Of a stretch of DNA of 64,000 bases, positions 8,929 through 17,812 are shown piece after piece. A model generated the notes under the pieces. It ran no database searches. It was not told the DNA's origin and saw only the letters and a program-made list of their open reading frames with translations. Position 1 is the first letter of the stretch, and each line of letters begins with the position of its first letter. The position numbers and the translations under genes are program-made. The DNA comes from a virus. Lineage: Duplodnaviria > Caudoviricetes. The stretch is from the IMG/VR virus record IMGVR_UViG_3300025121_000013; one strand, 5' to 3'.

Positions 8929-8951
8929 CTCATATATTAATATATATAAAA
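8929..8951 (-). promoter_or_regulatory. Variant of the AACTATATATATTAATAAATGAG motif (putative early promoter)
   Basis: Degenerate copy of the 23-mer at 15015, 25214 and 46679. Confidence 0.45.
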
Positions 8952-8963
8952 GAATACAAAAAA

Positions 8964-9000
8964 ATGATCCGGGGAAAATACTTCTTCCCCCCGGATCATT
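8964..9000 (-). terminator. Rho-independent terminator
   Basis: 12-bp stem AATGATCCGGGG/CCCCGGATCATT followed by a T-tract on the minus strand. Confidence 0.8.
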
Positions 9001-9247
9001 TTCAATCAATAATTATTTTGTGCTATTCTTGAAATATCTTCTGTCCACACGTAGAACAAAGTACAACTGGAACTTTTATAAAAAGAATTTTCATTCGTCT
9101 TTTTCTATATACAAATTTCTTGTTTAAAATGTATATATAAAAATCTCCAACGATATAGAGAATTGATAAAGCAATGACGATTGAAAGGGCAAGAATCATT
9201 TAGATTCCTTTCATGGAGATTGGCTTAAAGACGTTTTTATAAAGTTT

Positions 9248-9487
9248 TTATCTAATTATAAGATCAGATTCAACTGGAGTGACAATTAAGGCATTATCAA
9301 AATATAAAAGTTTGCAATCACTCAATCTTAATGTATTTATATATAGAAATGTTTGTTGACCATATTGAAAAGTAAAAGTCTCAACTTTTAGATAATATTC
9401 ATCTTGATCATTAACATAAAATACAGTATTTTTTGGTAGATTTCCAAATTTAATTTTTTTGTCTTCATCAATAATTTTAATATTCAT
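9248..9487 (-). CDS. Paralog family A, one domain
   Basis: MxIK..F.xL..F..YxK..L..V...L.I pattern. Confidence 0.65.
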   Translation of the reverse strand: MNIKIIDEDKKIKFGNLPKNTVFYVNDQDEYYLKVETFTFQYGQQTFLYINTLRLSDCKLLYFDNALIVTPVESDLIIR

Positions 9488-9702
9488 ATGACAAGACCCT
9501 TTATATTCAATTCTGCATCAACTTTTAAAACTTGATTGTATTCTGGAAATATAGAAAGAACTGTCGTTTCTAGATTTATTGCATTCCAATTATTTATTTT
9601 TTTAATTTTCATATAATATTGAGTGTCATATAAAAATACATCTCTTTCTTTGATACTATGAAAATTTACCCATGCCGATTCGAATTCTGCTATAATTTTC
9701 AT
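9484..9702 (-). CDS. Paralog family A, one domain
   Basis: Same pattern, ending KVDAELNI; the start is probably MKI. Confidence 0.65.
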   Translation of the reverse strand: MKIIAEFESAWVNFHSIKERDVFLYDTQYYMKIKKINNWNAINLETTVLSIFPEYNQVLKVDAELNIKGLVI

Positions 9703-10202
9703 TTTAGATTTTCTCCACAATCAATTCAGCGTCAACTTTTTGTACAAAATCATTATCATGTAAAAAACGTCCACTTCGAAAAACAAGTTCAAAAACATTT
9801 AGTCTGTGGTTTCCAATACTACATGGTTCAATTTTCATGAAATAACAATTATTAAGATAAATTACCTCTCCATATTTAATTTCGGAAAATTTTATAATAT
9901 TATTTCTTTTGTTTTCTGGATTAAATTCTAAAAGTGTTTTTAAAAATAATTTAGCATATATTTTTTGTATTATTTCATGATCATTGAATGTCGATAATGA
10001 ACCATCTCTTAAACATATTGAATTTTTTACCCCCTGGCTATTATATAATTTTGTTGTTTTCATAAAAGGATTCTCTAAGGAACCAATGCAAAAGGGATCT
10101 CCAGAATGAAGTTCAAGAAATTTTGTAGAGGAAGAAAGTTGTCCTTCCACGGTAATTTTCATTTTAGATTTTCTCCACAATCAATTCAGCGTCAACTTTT
10201 TG
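9693..10202. repeat. Exact 50-bp direct repeat (9693-9742 and 10153-10202)
   Basis: TAATTTTCATTTTAGATTTTCTCCACAATCAATTCAGCGTCAACTTTTTG occurs twice, each copy spanning a gene junction. Confidence 0.9.
9704..10162 (-). CDS. Paralog family A, two domains
   Basis: Internal domain duplication; ends QKVDAELIVEKI. Confidence 0.65.
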   Translation of the reverse strand: MKITVEGQLSSSTKFLELHSGDPFCIGSLENPFMKTTKLYNSQGVKNSICLRDGSLSTFNDHEIIQKIYAKLFLKTLLEFNPENKRNNIIKFSEIKYGEVIYLNNCYFMKIEPCSIGNHRLNVFELVFRSGRFLHDNDFVQKVDAELIVEKI

Positions 10203-10619
10203 AACTAAATCGGATTTATTTATTGATATTATATTTTTATGAATAAGATCTAGAGCATTCAACACATTACTTTCAGTACAAAATCCTTCAATTTTAATAA
10301 ACCAATTATTTTTTAGAAGAAAAATTTCACCTGGGTTAACATCATAAAAATTTGTGAAGATTCTTTCTATAGTTTCTAAATCAAATGTTATTTTTATATT
10401 TAATTTCGCTTTTAGAAGTTCAGTCATTACATTAATATTTTCAAAATTATATAGTAAACCATTTGTTAAATTTATTGAATTTACTTTTTTATGCGATCCA
10501 TTCAATGGAGATATTTTTATAAAGATTTGGTTTGTAATTGGGTTACGGATTGGATGAAAAATTTCATCTAATTTAACTTCAGAAAATGGAATAGTTCTTT
10601 CGTCTACGATAATTTTCAT
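10164..10619 (-). CDS. Paralog family A, two domains
   Basis: Internal domain duplication; ends QKVDAELIVEKI. Confidence 0.65.
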   Translation of the reverse strand: MKIIVDERTIPFSEVKLDEIFHPIRNPITNQIFIKISPLNGSHKKVNSINLTNGLLYNFENINVMTELLKAKLNIKITFDLETIERIFTNFYDVNPGEIFLLKNNWFIKIEGFCTESNVLNALDLIHKNIISINKSDLVQKVDAELIVEKI

Positions 10620-10852
10620 TAATTTATTTCACTTTTAGAAAGTGTCAAAGTTCCGTAATATTCAAAAACTGGTTGGCTATTGAGAATTTCATACATAGAA
10701 TAATTAATTAAACTAAATCCTTTGCCCGTGGAGCCTAATGTTCCCTCATCACTTTTAATAAGAAAATGACTTCTATTTATAGTAAAAATATCCCCTGGTT
10801 TTAAATCGCCAAAGGTTTTTTCTTTTTTATTTTCTATCTTGATTTGGATCAT
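10619..10852 (-). CDS. Paralog family A, one domain
   Basis: FGDLKPGDIF motif. Confidence 0.6.
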   Translation of the reverse strand: MIQIKIENKKEKTFGDLKPGDIFTINRSHFLIKSDEGTLGSTGKGFSLINYSMYEILNSQPVFEYYGTLTLSKSEIN

Positions 10853-10905
10853 GTTCGGTCCTTTCTGAACTCCATATTTTTGATGGTTTATAAAAGTTTA
10901 GGAAT

Positions 10906-11604
10906 TTAATATATGAGATTTATAAACCAAAGATTAGAAGGACATTGATTTAAAATTGTAAATTTTGTATTTTCTATTCTTGATTCGTAAAATGTATGCC
11001 AATGGCCACAATACCATAAATCAGGTTTGTATTTTTCCCAAACAAGATCCAAAGCGTTTATTGAAGGGTCATTTACAGGAGAACCTAAAATCATTCTTTG
11101 AAAATTTTGTTGTTCTAAAATTCTTTTAGGTATGGTATGAGAAATTACAATGTCGATCTTTAAATCTGGAAGATTTTGAATATCATTATAATTTATAATT
11201 TCTTCAGGCCACCAAGAAACTCCTTGAATTCTTAAGTTTTTATCTATTGAGTCTGCCCCTCCCATAAATAAAACATTTCTTCCATCGGGAAGAGTTAAGA
11301 AAGACCCTCTTGGCATATAATAAATATTTGTATCAATTGAAATTGGAACTCTTCCATATTTTTTAACTTTTAAAGTTAAATCTTCATGATTTTCATGATT
11401 TCCATCACACCAATATATTTTTGTTTTTTTCGGGTTAATTCCATATTGATTAAATTTGTTATTAGAGTTCGAATGGATATTATGTAGATGAGGCCACCAT
11501 CCAAAATCTCCACATTGTAAAATTATATCTGGTTTATAAAGATCGATTAATCTATTTAAATCTCCCCATCTACAATGAAGATCTCCACAAATAATAATAT
11601 TCAT
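10906..11604 (-). CDS. Calcineurin-like metallophosphoesterase
   Basis: GDLH, GDFG, GNHE, SH and GHWH motifs. Confidence 0.9.
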   Translation of the reverse strand: MNIIICGDLHCRWGDLNRLIDLYKPDIILQCGDFGWWPHLHNIHSNSNNKFNQYGINPKKTKIYWCDGNHENHEDLTLKVKKYGRVPISIDTNIYYMPRGSFLTLPDGRNVLFMGGADSIDKNLRIQGVSWWPEEIINYNDIQNLPDLKIDIVISHTIPKRILEQQNFQRMILGSPVNDPSINALDLVWEKYKPDLWYCGHWHTFYESRIENTKFTILNQCPSNLWFINLIY

Positions 11605-11677
11605 TTTTCCCCTATTTTTTGATTTTCTTTTATCGATCTACGATATGAAGAAGATCATAGCCCAGACGTTTTAAAAT

Positions 11678-11917
11678 TTATTTTAATGTTCTTTTAATTA
11701 TATCTTTGTCTTCTGGTTTTGACCTGATATCTAAAGTTGAAGAATTTCCAGAACAATTAATTTCATCAGAATATACTTTTAGAAAACCGGCTGAATTTGG
11801 AGCCAAGGTTTTAAATTCATTCGTTATAAATTCCGACATTTTTTTATGATCGATAATATCGGGAAATAGTACAGAAAAGGATTCTCCAGAAGAGTTTTTA
11901 AAAATGATATATTTCAT
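11678..11917 (-). CDS. Hypothetical protein
   Basis: Phage-type small ORF (SAGF, C.G.S.TL..S). Confidence 0.6.
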   Translation of the reverse strand: MKYIIFKNSSGESFSVLFPDIIDHKKMSEFITNEFKTLAPNSAGFLKVYSDEINCSGNSSTLDIRSKPEDKDIIKRTLK

Positions 11918-12180
11918 CTAATTCTAATCTTAAAATACTTTTTAGTATTTTTAAAAAACGTTGTTGAAAATGCAAATAAACAACAAATCAATTGAAAAAA
12001 TAATATGTTAAAAGCAAAAGTCCATGTACTTAAATGATCGTTTGGATATTTCATAAAAATAATAAAAAACCATATTGTCTCAATAATATAAGTAATAAAA
12101 ATAAGTATTGATATATAATAAATAAAATTCTTTTTTAAATCACTCATTTTTAAGAATTCTTTTCTAAGATGCGATATCAT
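11914..12180 (-). CDS. Small membrane protein
   Basis: Two hydrophobic segments. Confidence 0.5.
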   Translation of the reverse strand: MISHLRKEFLKMSDLKKNFIYYISILIFITYIIETIWFFIIFMKYPNDHLSTWTFAFNILFFQLICCLFAFSTTFFKNTKKYFKIRIR

Positions 12181-12503
12181 TTTTCAATTTTCTTTTTTTG
12201 AGTTTTCACCCATTCTAAATAATCTCTTTTAATCTTATCAATTTTAATAAACTCTAACGGATCTTTTATCCAAAATTTCTTTTCAATATATTTAAAATCA
12301 TAGAAACATGCTTCAAAAGAAAATTTTAATTCTTGATATTTAAAATAATAAATTGGTGTATGATAAAAATTTATAAAGGAGTTTATTAAATTAAATGCAA
12401 ATTTAATTCTTCTACCCATGTATATCCACCAGAACATATTTAACACACTTAGACATAATAAAATCGATGTAAATATAATAGGGATATAGAGATTTTCTTT
12501 CAT
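12177..12503 (-). CDS. Membrane-anchored hypothetical protein
   Basis: N-terminal hydrophobic helix. Confidence 0.5.
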   Translation of the reverse strand: MKENLYIPIIFTSILLCLSVLNMFWWIYMGRRIKFAFNLINSFINFYHTPIYYFKYQELKFSFEACFYDFKYIEKKFWIKDPLEFIKIDKIKRDYLEWVKTQKKKIEK

Positions 12504-12514
12504 ATATTCTCCTC

Positions 12515-12724
12515 TCAGAACTTTCGTTTTATTTTAATGTATTTATCTTTTAAAAGAATTTCTTTCATTTCTTCATTTTGAAAATAAATCGCCATTAAGA
12601 TTGAAAAAATTGCAAATACAAGAATACAAAGACAATTAAATATATTTCTTTGAACTATAAATCCAGAAGAACCAAAAGAAATAAACGCTATAATGAAGAA
12701 TATCATTTTTAGAGCGCTATTCAT
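12515..12724 (-). CDS. Small membrane protein
   Basis: Two hydrophobic segments. Confidence 0.5.
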   Translation of the reverse strand: MNSALKMIFFIIAFISFGSSGFIVQRNIFNCLCILVFAIFSILMAIYFQNEEMKEILLKDKYIKIKRKF

Positions 12725-12726
12725 TT

Positions 12727-13161
12727 TTAATTCTCTTCCTCAGGAATAAAATCTTCTTCTTCTTCTTCATCATCATAATTATCTAGATCAATATTTTCAT
12801 CAACATTTCCCATCAAATTTCCTTGGTTTCCCCAACCTTGATTGGGATCATTTTCAGATCTTGTTTTTGGAATTTCTCCTTTAAAACATTTTGTATGAAC
12901 TGCAGCAATTCCATTGGATTTATTATCATTAAACATCAAATCACAAACGTCACCCCAGTCTAAATCCCATTGAATAGAATCCCTTAAATTTTCATTTATC
13001 TTTTCGTTAGAGAAAACTCTTCCATATGAATCATATTCTCCACTCATCACCTGAATGCAATTCCCATCTTTCAATAAAAACAATTTTGTAGTTTGACCTC
13101 GAAAACTATTTGATAGAATCGCTTCTCCACATTCCTTGCAGATAAAACTAAAACATCCTAT
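12727..13161 (-). CDS. Hypothetical protein with acidic tail; probable ATA start
   Basis: The frame is open upstream of 13083 to ATA-GGA-TGT-TTT (MGCFSFICKECG), with AAGGA just upstream. Confidence 0.6.
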   Translation of the reverse strand: MGCFSFICKECGEAILSNSFRGQTTKLFLLKDGNCIQVMSGEYDSYGRVFSNEKINENLRDSIQWDLDWGDVCDLMFNDNKSNGIAAVHTKCFKGEIPKTRSENDPNQGWGNQGNLMGNVDENIDLDNYDDEEEEEDFIPEEEN

Positions 13162-13203
13162 GGGGTATTTTCCTTTCAGAACATGTTTTTAATGGAAATT
13201 GAT

Positions 13204-13506
13204 CTAATTAAAACTTCTTATCTCAGCGTTCATTAAAACGGCAAATTCTTTTGCTAATTCAATATTTGGAAAAACCAATTTTGCTTCATCAATTAAGACT
13301 ACTCCTTTTTGTGGTGGCTTGTTAAATCTATAAGGAAGAAGTACAGTAAAAAATTCTCCCTGAGAGTTTTGAGTTTCATAGATTGTCACAAAGTCAATTT
13401 TTGGTTTTTCTTTTAAAAAAATTTTAACCTCGGGATCATTCCCAAAATGTCTTGTTAGTTTTTCAAGCTTTTGATCTTTTTTCCTCTTAGATATATTTTT
13501 TAGCAT
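13204..13506 (-). CDS. Hypothetical protein
   Basis: ATG at 13506 follows AGGAAGG. Confidence 0.6.
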   Translation of the reverse strand: MLKNISKRKKDQKLEKLTRHFGNDPEVKIFLKEKPKIDFVTIYETQNSQGEFFTVLLPYRFNKPPQKGVVLIDEAKLVFPNIELAKEFAVLMNAEIRSFN

Positions 13507-13522
13507 GTTTTCCTTCCTTTTT

Positions 13523-13568
13523 GGAAATGGATGGGGAGGAAGAGAGAATAACCTCCCCATCCATTTCC
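13523..13568. other. Perfect 17-bp inverted repeat
   Basis: GGAAATGGATGGGGAGG, 12-nt loop, CCTCCCCATCCATTTCC. Confidence 0.85.
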
Positions 13569-13621
13569 TTAGAAATACAACTCAATCGAACTATAGATTT
13601 CATTCTTTTTGTTAATAATTT

Positions 13622-13873
13622 TTATTCTTTTAAATCGTTTGGATTTCTATTTCGACAGGAACATTGATTTATATTAGGATGAGAGTGCCCTCTCTTTTCC
13701 AATGCTTCCCAAAATTCTTTTGCATTATGTCTGGTTAGTAGATTTTCTTTTGGCTTATTTACCCTTCCCTTTTCATGTACTGGGATTGGAAGTCCAAGAG
13801 ATTCACATTTCGCTTCAACCCAAGCTCTTTCATGATTCAATGAAACTTTCCAATGTGGAAATTCAGTTTCCAT
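13622..13873 (-). CDS. Hypothetical protein
   Basis: ORF with RBS. Confidence 0.55.
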   Translation of the reverse strand: METEFPHWKVSLNHERAWVEAKCESLGLPIPVHEKGRVNKPKENLLTRHNAKEFWEALEKRGHSHPNINQCSCRNRNPNDLKE

Positions 13874-13890
13874 TTTTTCTCCTTTCTTTG

Positions 13891-14130
13891 TTATTCTTTT
13901 TTAAGAAGTTCAATAATTTCTTGAACGAAATAATAAATTGAAACTCCTAACATGCATAAAGAATATAGAATCAAGAACATTCCATGAGCTGGAAACTTTT
14001 CCAATAGAAAAACCCCAACGAAAATTCCACAATTGAGAATGCATAAAAGCAATAATTTCATCTTCAAAGGGTCATTGAATTTTTTCAATTTTTTATATGG
14101 ACCATATGGGTTAAAATTCTTTTGTATCAT
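13891..14130 (-). CDS. Small membrane protein
   Basis: Two hydrophobic segments. Confidence 0.5.
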   Translation of the reverse strand: MIQKNFNPYGPYKKLKKFNDPLKMKLLLLCILNCGIFVGVFLLEKFPAHGMFLILYSLCMLGVSIYYFVQEIIELLKKE

Positions 14131-14265
14131 TCAGATTCTCCATTCTTGATAAAATAGTATCTCCATCGAATTGATTCCATTTCAAATGAAGAAGAACTCA
14201 TCGAAGAAATATAACCCAACAGAATTTTTCTTTTCAATCTCAATTCAGACATTTAAATTGATTTA

Positions 14266-14460
14266 TTAATCATGAAGAATAACAAGTTCAAAATTCCAAA
14301 AGAATACCTCTACCAAGATATTGCCATCATTTTTGTCCCTTTCAAAACCAAACCCAAAATGTTTATAATGCGGATTAAAACAATCTTTTAATATAACCTC
14401 TAATCTCCCTATTTTTCTTGAAAAATATATCTTTTCATCATAGAGGTCGACAAAGTCCAT
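14266..14460 (-). CDS. Hypothetical protein
   Basis: ORF with RBS. Confidence 0.5.
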   Translation of the reverse strand: MDFVDLYDEKIYFSRKIGRLEVILKDCFNPHYKHFGFGFERDKNDGNILVEVFFWNFELVILHD

Positions 14461-14480
14461 GTGGTTTCCTTTCTTTACTT

Positions 14481-14981
14481 TTATTGCTCTGTGTCAGTAC
14501 CTTCAGTGTTTGCCATCATATCAATTGATATTGATTTTGCTAAATTATCAATTCCCATTTCTTCGATCATTTCTTTTCCTTCTTCAGTGAGGCTCAATAC
14601 TTCAGTTCCAATTGGAGGGTCATACCCATCATACCAGACCCCACAAAAATCCATGGCCTCTTGTAAAAGATGTTTCTTAATTCGAATATTTCTGGTCTCA
14701 TCTTCGAACTAAAAATATTCACAAATGGGACAAATCAAAAAATTGAGAACCCTATCGACTTGTTTGTAATTGATCCAATCAAAAAGGTTATCCCATGAAA
14801 AAATAACATCTACCATCGTCACATCCAATATGTCTGATATAATCGATTGGATCAATTCATCATCGGTCATATTATCAATTGAGATATTTCCATTGAATGC
14901 GTGACATACATATCTCCATAATTCATTATCAGGAAAGGATGAAAATGTATTTTTGTATATCTCAACCAGTCCGTTTCGCAT
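14481..14981 (-). pseudogene. Hypothetical gene with an in-frame TAG at 14709-14711
   Basis: The frame continues for 75 coding-like codons after the TAG (FEDETRNIR..GTDTEQ), with no well-spaced start of its own. Confidence 0.5.
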
Positions 14982-15014
14982 TTAACTATCTACTTTCAAA
15001 AAGTAAAACTCTAT

Positions 15015-15037
15015 CTCATTTATTAATATATATAGTT
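15015..15037 (-). promoter_or_regulatory. AACTATATATATTAATAAATGAG motif (putative early promoter)
   Basis: Identical 23-mer at 25214 and 46679. Confidence 0.65.
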
Positions 15038-15053
15038 AAATTTTTACAAAAAA

Positions 15054-15087
15054 ATAAAGGGGCATAAAACCTTCTCCGCCCCTTTAT
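15054..15087 (-). terminator. Rho-independent terminator
   Basis: ATAAAGGGGC/GCCCCTTTAT stem with a T-tract on the minus strand. Confidence 0.75.
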
Positions 15088-15171
15088 ATTCTAATTCTTT
15101 ATGTTTATCTATTTTTCCCTAAATAGTATAAAAATGGAGAGATAAAAATATAAAGACTGATTTTAAATATT

Positions 15172-15396
15172 TTAGTCATAATTTAAAACTGCATTCTCCA
15201 ATACTTTAACATAAAGATCAGTTTTGATATGGCATAAATTTCCATTATCCAGGAATACTGAATTTCGTGTCTCTCCGTTTTTTAAGATGACTTTGGGAAT
15301 TTTCATTAGAAATAAACCATTAATAGTGAAAGGAATTCCACATTTAACATTTTCAAAAGTAACATCATTGTACTTTTCCGATTTCTTTATCTTCAT
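15172..15396 (-). CDS. Paralog family A, dispersed member
   Basis: MKI..F.NVK.G.PF..FLMKI..L.NG.L pattern. Confidence 0.6.
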   Translation of the reverse strand: MKIKKSEKYNDVTFENVKCGIPFTINGLFLMKIPKVILKNGETRNSVFLDNGNLCHIKTDLYVKVLENAVLNYD

Positions 15397-15411
15397 CTTC
15401 CCCTTCTTTCT

Positions 15412-15603
15412 TTATGGCTTATTTTTCATTGAGATTTTTCTTGGTTTTTTATCGTCAAAAATTTCTTGAAGTTTTATTTCATCTATAGGCAATATAGCTG
15501 AATCAAGAAAAATTTCAGCATCTTTTCTCGCTGAAATATCATTTAAAGAATGAAAGGTATAAACTATTGTCAGTCTGTATTTCTTTCCAGATGTTGACTT
15601 CAT
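15412..15603 (-). CDS. Hypothetical protein
   Basis: Small ORF. Confidence 0.5.
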   Translation of the reverse strand: MKSTSGKKYRLTIVYTFHSLNDISARKDAEIFLDSAILPIDEIKLQEIFDDKKPRKISMKNKP

Positions 15604-15782
15604 TTAAGATACATAACCACTGAAGCCTACAGATTTAATTTCTAAATTTTCCTTTTTCTTTCTTCTGATCAATTTATTATATTGTCTTTTGGCCCATTTT
15701 TTAAATTTATGTCCGGCTTTTTGACCAGATATCTGTTCCTTATATGTGGCCATATGGTCTCCTTTAAAACTTATTTAAATAG

Positions 15783-15817
15783 CTCCGAGAGGGCTTTTGT
15801 TTCTTGCCCTCTCGGAG
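15783..15817 (-). terminator. Perfect 12-bp hairpin, terminator-like
   Basis: CTCCGAGAGGGC/GCCCTCTCGGAG; the U-tract is weak. Confidence 0.55.
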
Positions 15818-15844
15818 GTTAAAGTTAAAAATTATTTTGATTGG

Positions 15845-16009
15845 TTAAAGAGAAGTTTCCTTCTTTTCATATCTGAATGTGGAATGCCAGGTTTTCTTAT
15901 TTTTTGCTGCGAAGATCTTTATTTTCGGAATTTCATCGATCTGTATGTCGAAAGAAGTTCTGTGAAAGACAAAAAGAAATCCGGCTATGAAGAATAGCGT
16001 AGTGAGCAC
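15845..16009 (-). CDS. Small hypothetical protein (GTG start)
   Basis: AAGGAG followed by GTG; hydrophobic N-terminus. Confidence 0.4.
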   Translation of the reverse strand: MLTTLFFIAGFLFVFHRTSFDIQIDEIPKIKIFAAKNKKTWHSTFRYEKKETSL

Positions 16010-16035
16010 TCTTTTCTCCTTTTCTTTTGGGAGAT

Positions 16036-16455
16036 TTAGTTGGGAACAATGGAAAGGATTTCTGTTGCCCACAATGGAAGTTTATAATTCTTGAAATACC
16101 TTCTGGATCTTTCGATAAATTCGATGATGTCATCAGCGTAATCTGGGTGCATTCTCGAATTATAATATTTGATCTGGTCTTCAAAATTATCAAATTTAAG
16201 ACCATCGATGCTTCTGGCGGCTGCTGTGAAGAAGCCAATCGCCTTATCAAATTTATCGGGAGGCACGACCTTTTCAGGTTCTCCCTTTTTGTTAATTACC
16301 ATCGGCTTTTGCCTGCAAAAGGAAAAGCCGATATGAATCTGTGGATCTCCAATTTCGGTCCATGAAAAAAGAACTCCAGTTTTCTGATTGTTTTCATTTC
16401 GTACATATTCCAACAGATATCCACTATTCCTTTGCTTCCTCGGGCCGTCTTCCAT
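16036..16455 (-). CDS. Phage hypothetical protein
   Basis: 139-aa ORF in the block's strand orientation. Confidence 0.6.
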   Translation of the reverse strand: MEDGPRKQRNSGYLLEYVRNENNQKTGVLFSWTEIGDPQIHIGFSFCRQKPMVINKKGEPEKVVPPDKFDKAIGFFTAAARSIDGLKFDNFEDQIKYYNSRMHPDYADDIIEFIERSRRYFKNYKLPLWATEILSIVPN

Positions 16456-16780
16456 AGAAGGCGATTCCTTTCTTATTGGTTGTTTGTTGTTTTCTTTTTA
16501 GACTTTTAAAATTGAATTCAGGAATTAAAATATATAACCATGAGATAAAGAATATGACAAAGGATATTGATAAATATAATTTCAGAGTTTTATAATCTAA
16601 TGTATGATTTTTAATTATGGTTAAACAAAATGAAAATATTCCAATTAAAATTATTAGTGCTATACATCTTAAAATAGTATTCTTTAGAGTCAAAATTATT
16701 CTCCCTTCTCCTTGGGATCTTTCCAATTTCCTTTTGCTAAAATATTTGAAATATAAATTGAGCATCTTGTGAAAAAACAT
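16424..16780 (-). CDS. Membrane protein
   Basis: Two hydrophobic segments. Confidence 0.45.
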   Translation of the reverse strand: MFFHKMLNLYFKYFSKRKLERSQGEGRIILTLKNTILRCIALIILIGIFSFCLTIIKNHTLDYKTLKLYLSISFVIFFISWLYILIPEFNFKSLKRKQQTTNKKGIAFYGRRPEEAKE

Positions 16781-16944
16781 TCCGTATCTACAGGATAATC
16801 AAAATCTATTGAGTTCTTTGTAATTAGGAGAGGACAATGATATTGTTCATTTTTTTTAATTTTTAAGGGACAATATTTGAGGAATACAGCAAAAGCTTTT
16901 TCATTTCCAGGAAAGGTTTTTTGTTTTAAATCGTGAAAACTCAT
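16696..16944 (-). CDS. Hypothetical protein
   Basis: Coupled to the upstream ORF; several Cys residues. Confidence 0.5.
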   Translation of the reverse strand: MSFHDLKQKTFPGNEKAFAVFLKYCPLKIKKNEQYHCPLLITKNSIDFDYPVDTECFFTRCSIYISNILAKGNWKDPKEKGE

Positions 16945-17309
16945 TCCTCAACAATTCTAAATGATTTACATAATGCAACGTTAAAAGATTTTCCGTTAAT
17001 GAAATTTAATTCTTTTCTTTGTCCCAACCCTTTTCTATATTCAATTTTTTTAACAATCAATTCTGAGAAATCTGGGACGGATAATAATATATCTTTAAGA
17101 ACATTTGTAGTTTCAGGCTCTTCAAGAAAAAAGCAAAATCCATCATCAACAACATTATATTTTGCCCAATTGATCCAGCCATCTTCTTTTTCATAATTAG
17201 AAAACATAAATCCACGAAGATGGCCATTAATTTGAGAAAATATTTTCCATCCAAAACCATTTTCGGGAATCGGAAAAACTTCACTCCCATTTTCCAGTTT
17301 ATTGCACAA
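16941..17309 (-). CDS. Hypothetical protein
   Basis: TTG start after AAGGAG, downstream of the tRNA; the track's longer start lies inside tRNA-Lys. Confidence 0.6.
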   Translation of the reverse strand: MCNKLENGSEVFPIPENGFGWKIFSQINGHLRGFMFSNYEKEDGWINWAKYNVVDDGFCFFLEEPETTNVLKDILLSVPDFSELIVKKIEYRKGLGQRKELNFINGKSFNVALCKSFRIVEE

Positions 17310-17344
17310 AGAGAATCTCCTTAAGATCAGTGATATCAAGATGA

Positions 17345-17416
17345 TGGGGCCGGTTGGGCTCGAACCAACGACTCTCTGCTTAAAAGGCAGATACTCTACC
17401 ACTGAGTTACGGCCCC
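17345..17416 (-). tRNA. tRNA-Lys(TTT), CCA not encoded
   Basis: Full cloverleaf; acceptor GGGGCCG/CGGCCCC; anticodon loop CTTTTAA. Confidence 0.95.
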
Positions 17417-17434
17417 ATTTAGACACGTAATATT

Positions 17435-17812
17435 TTATTCTTTAGGAAGATTTTCTAAAATAGTTCTAAATGTAATATAAATATATTTTTTACTTTCCTT
17501 ATTTATAAATGAAAAATATATTCCCGATCTTGTTGAAATATATTCTTTCTCAATATCAGTTTTTAGTTCTCCTAAATATTCTAAACAAATTCCATATATA
17601 GTACTTTGATAAATAGTTGGTTCTGTCGAATTTTCATCTAGAGGGTCTTTTTCATATATTTTCATAAATCTTTGTATCAATTCTTTTTGTGTTGTTAAAC
17701 AATCTTTTTTTATAACCCAATCTATCAGTAATTGACACTCTGTTTCACAAATATCTCTTAGAACACATTCAGAACAAATTGAAGGCAACCCATGAATTGT
17801 TATCCTTTTCAC
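17435..17812 (-). CDS. Hypothetical protein carrying the array's Cx2Cx5Cx3C motif
   Basis: ICSECVLRDICETEC. Confidence 0.65.
   Translation of the reverse strand: MKRITIHGLPSICSECVLRDICETECQLLIDWVIKKDCLTTQKELIQRFMKIYEKDPLDENSTEPTIYQSTIYGICLEYLGELKTDIEKEYISTRSGIYFSFINKESKKYIYITFRTILENLPKE

Noticed and set aside
14461-14712. Plus-strand 83-aa ORF
   Set aside because: It is antisense to a minus-strand frame that fits the block orientation and codon usage better.
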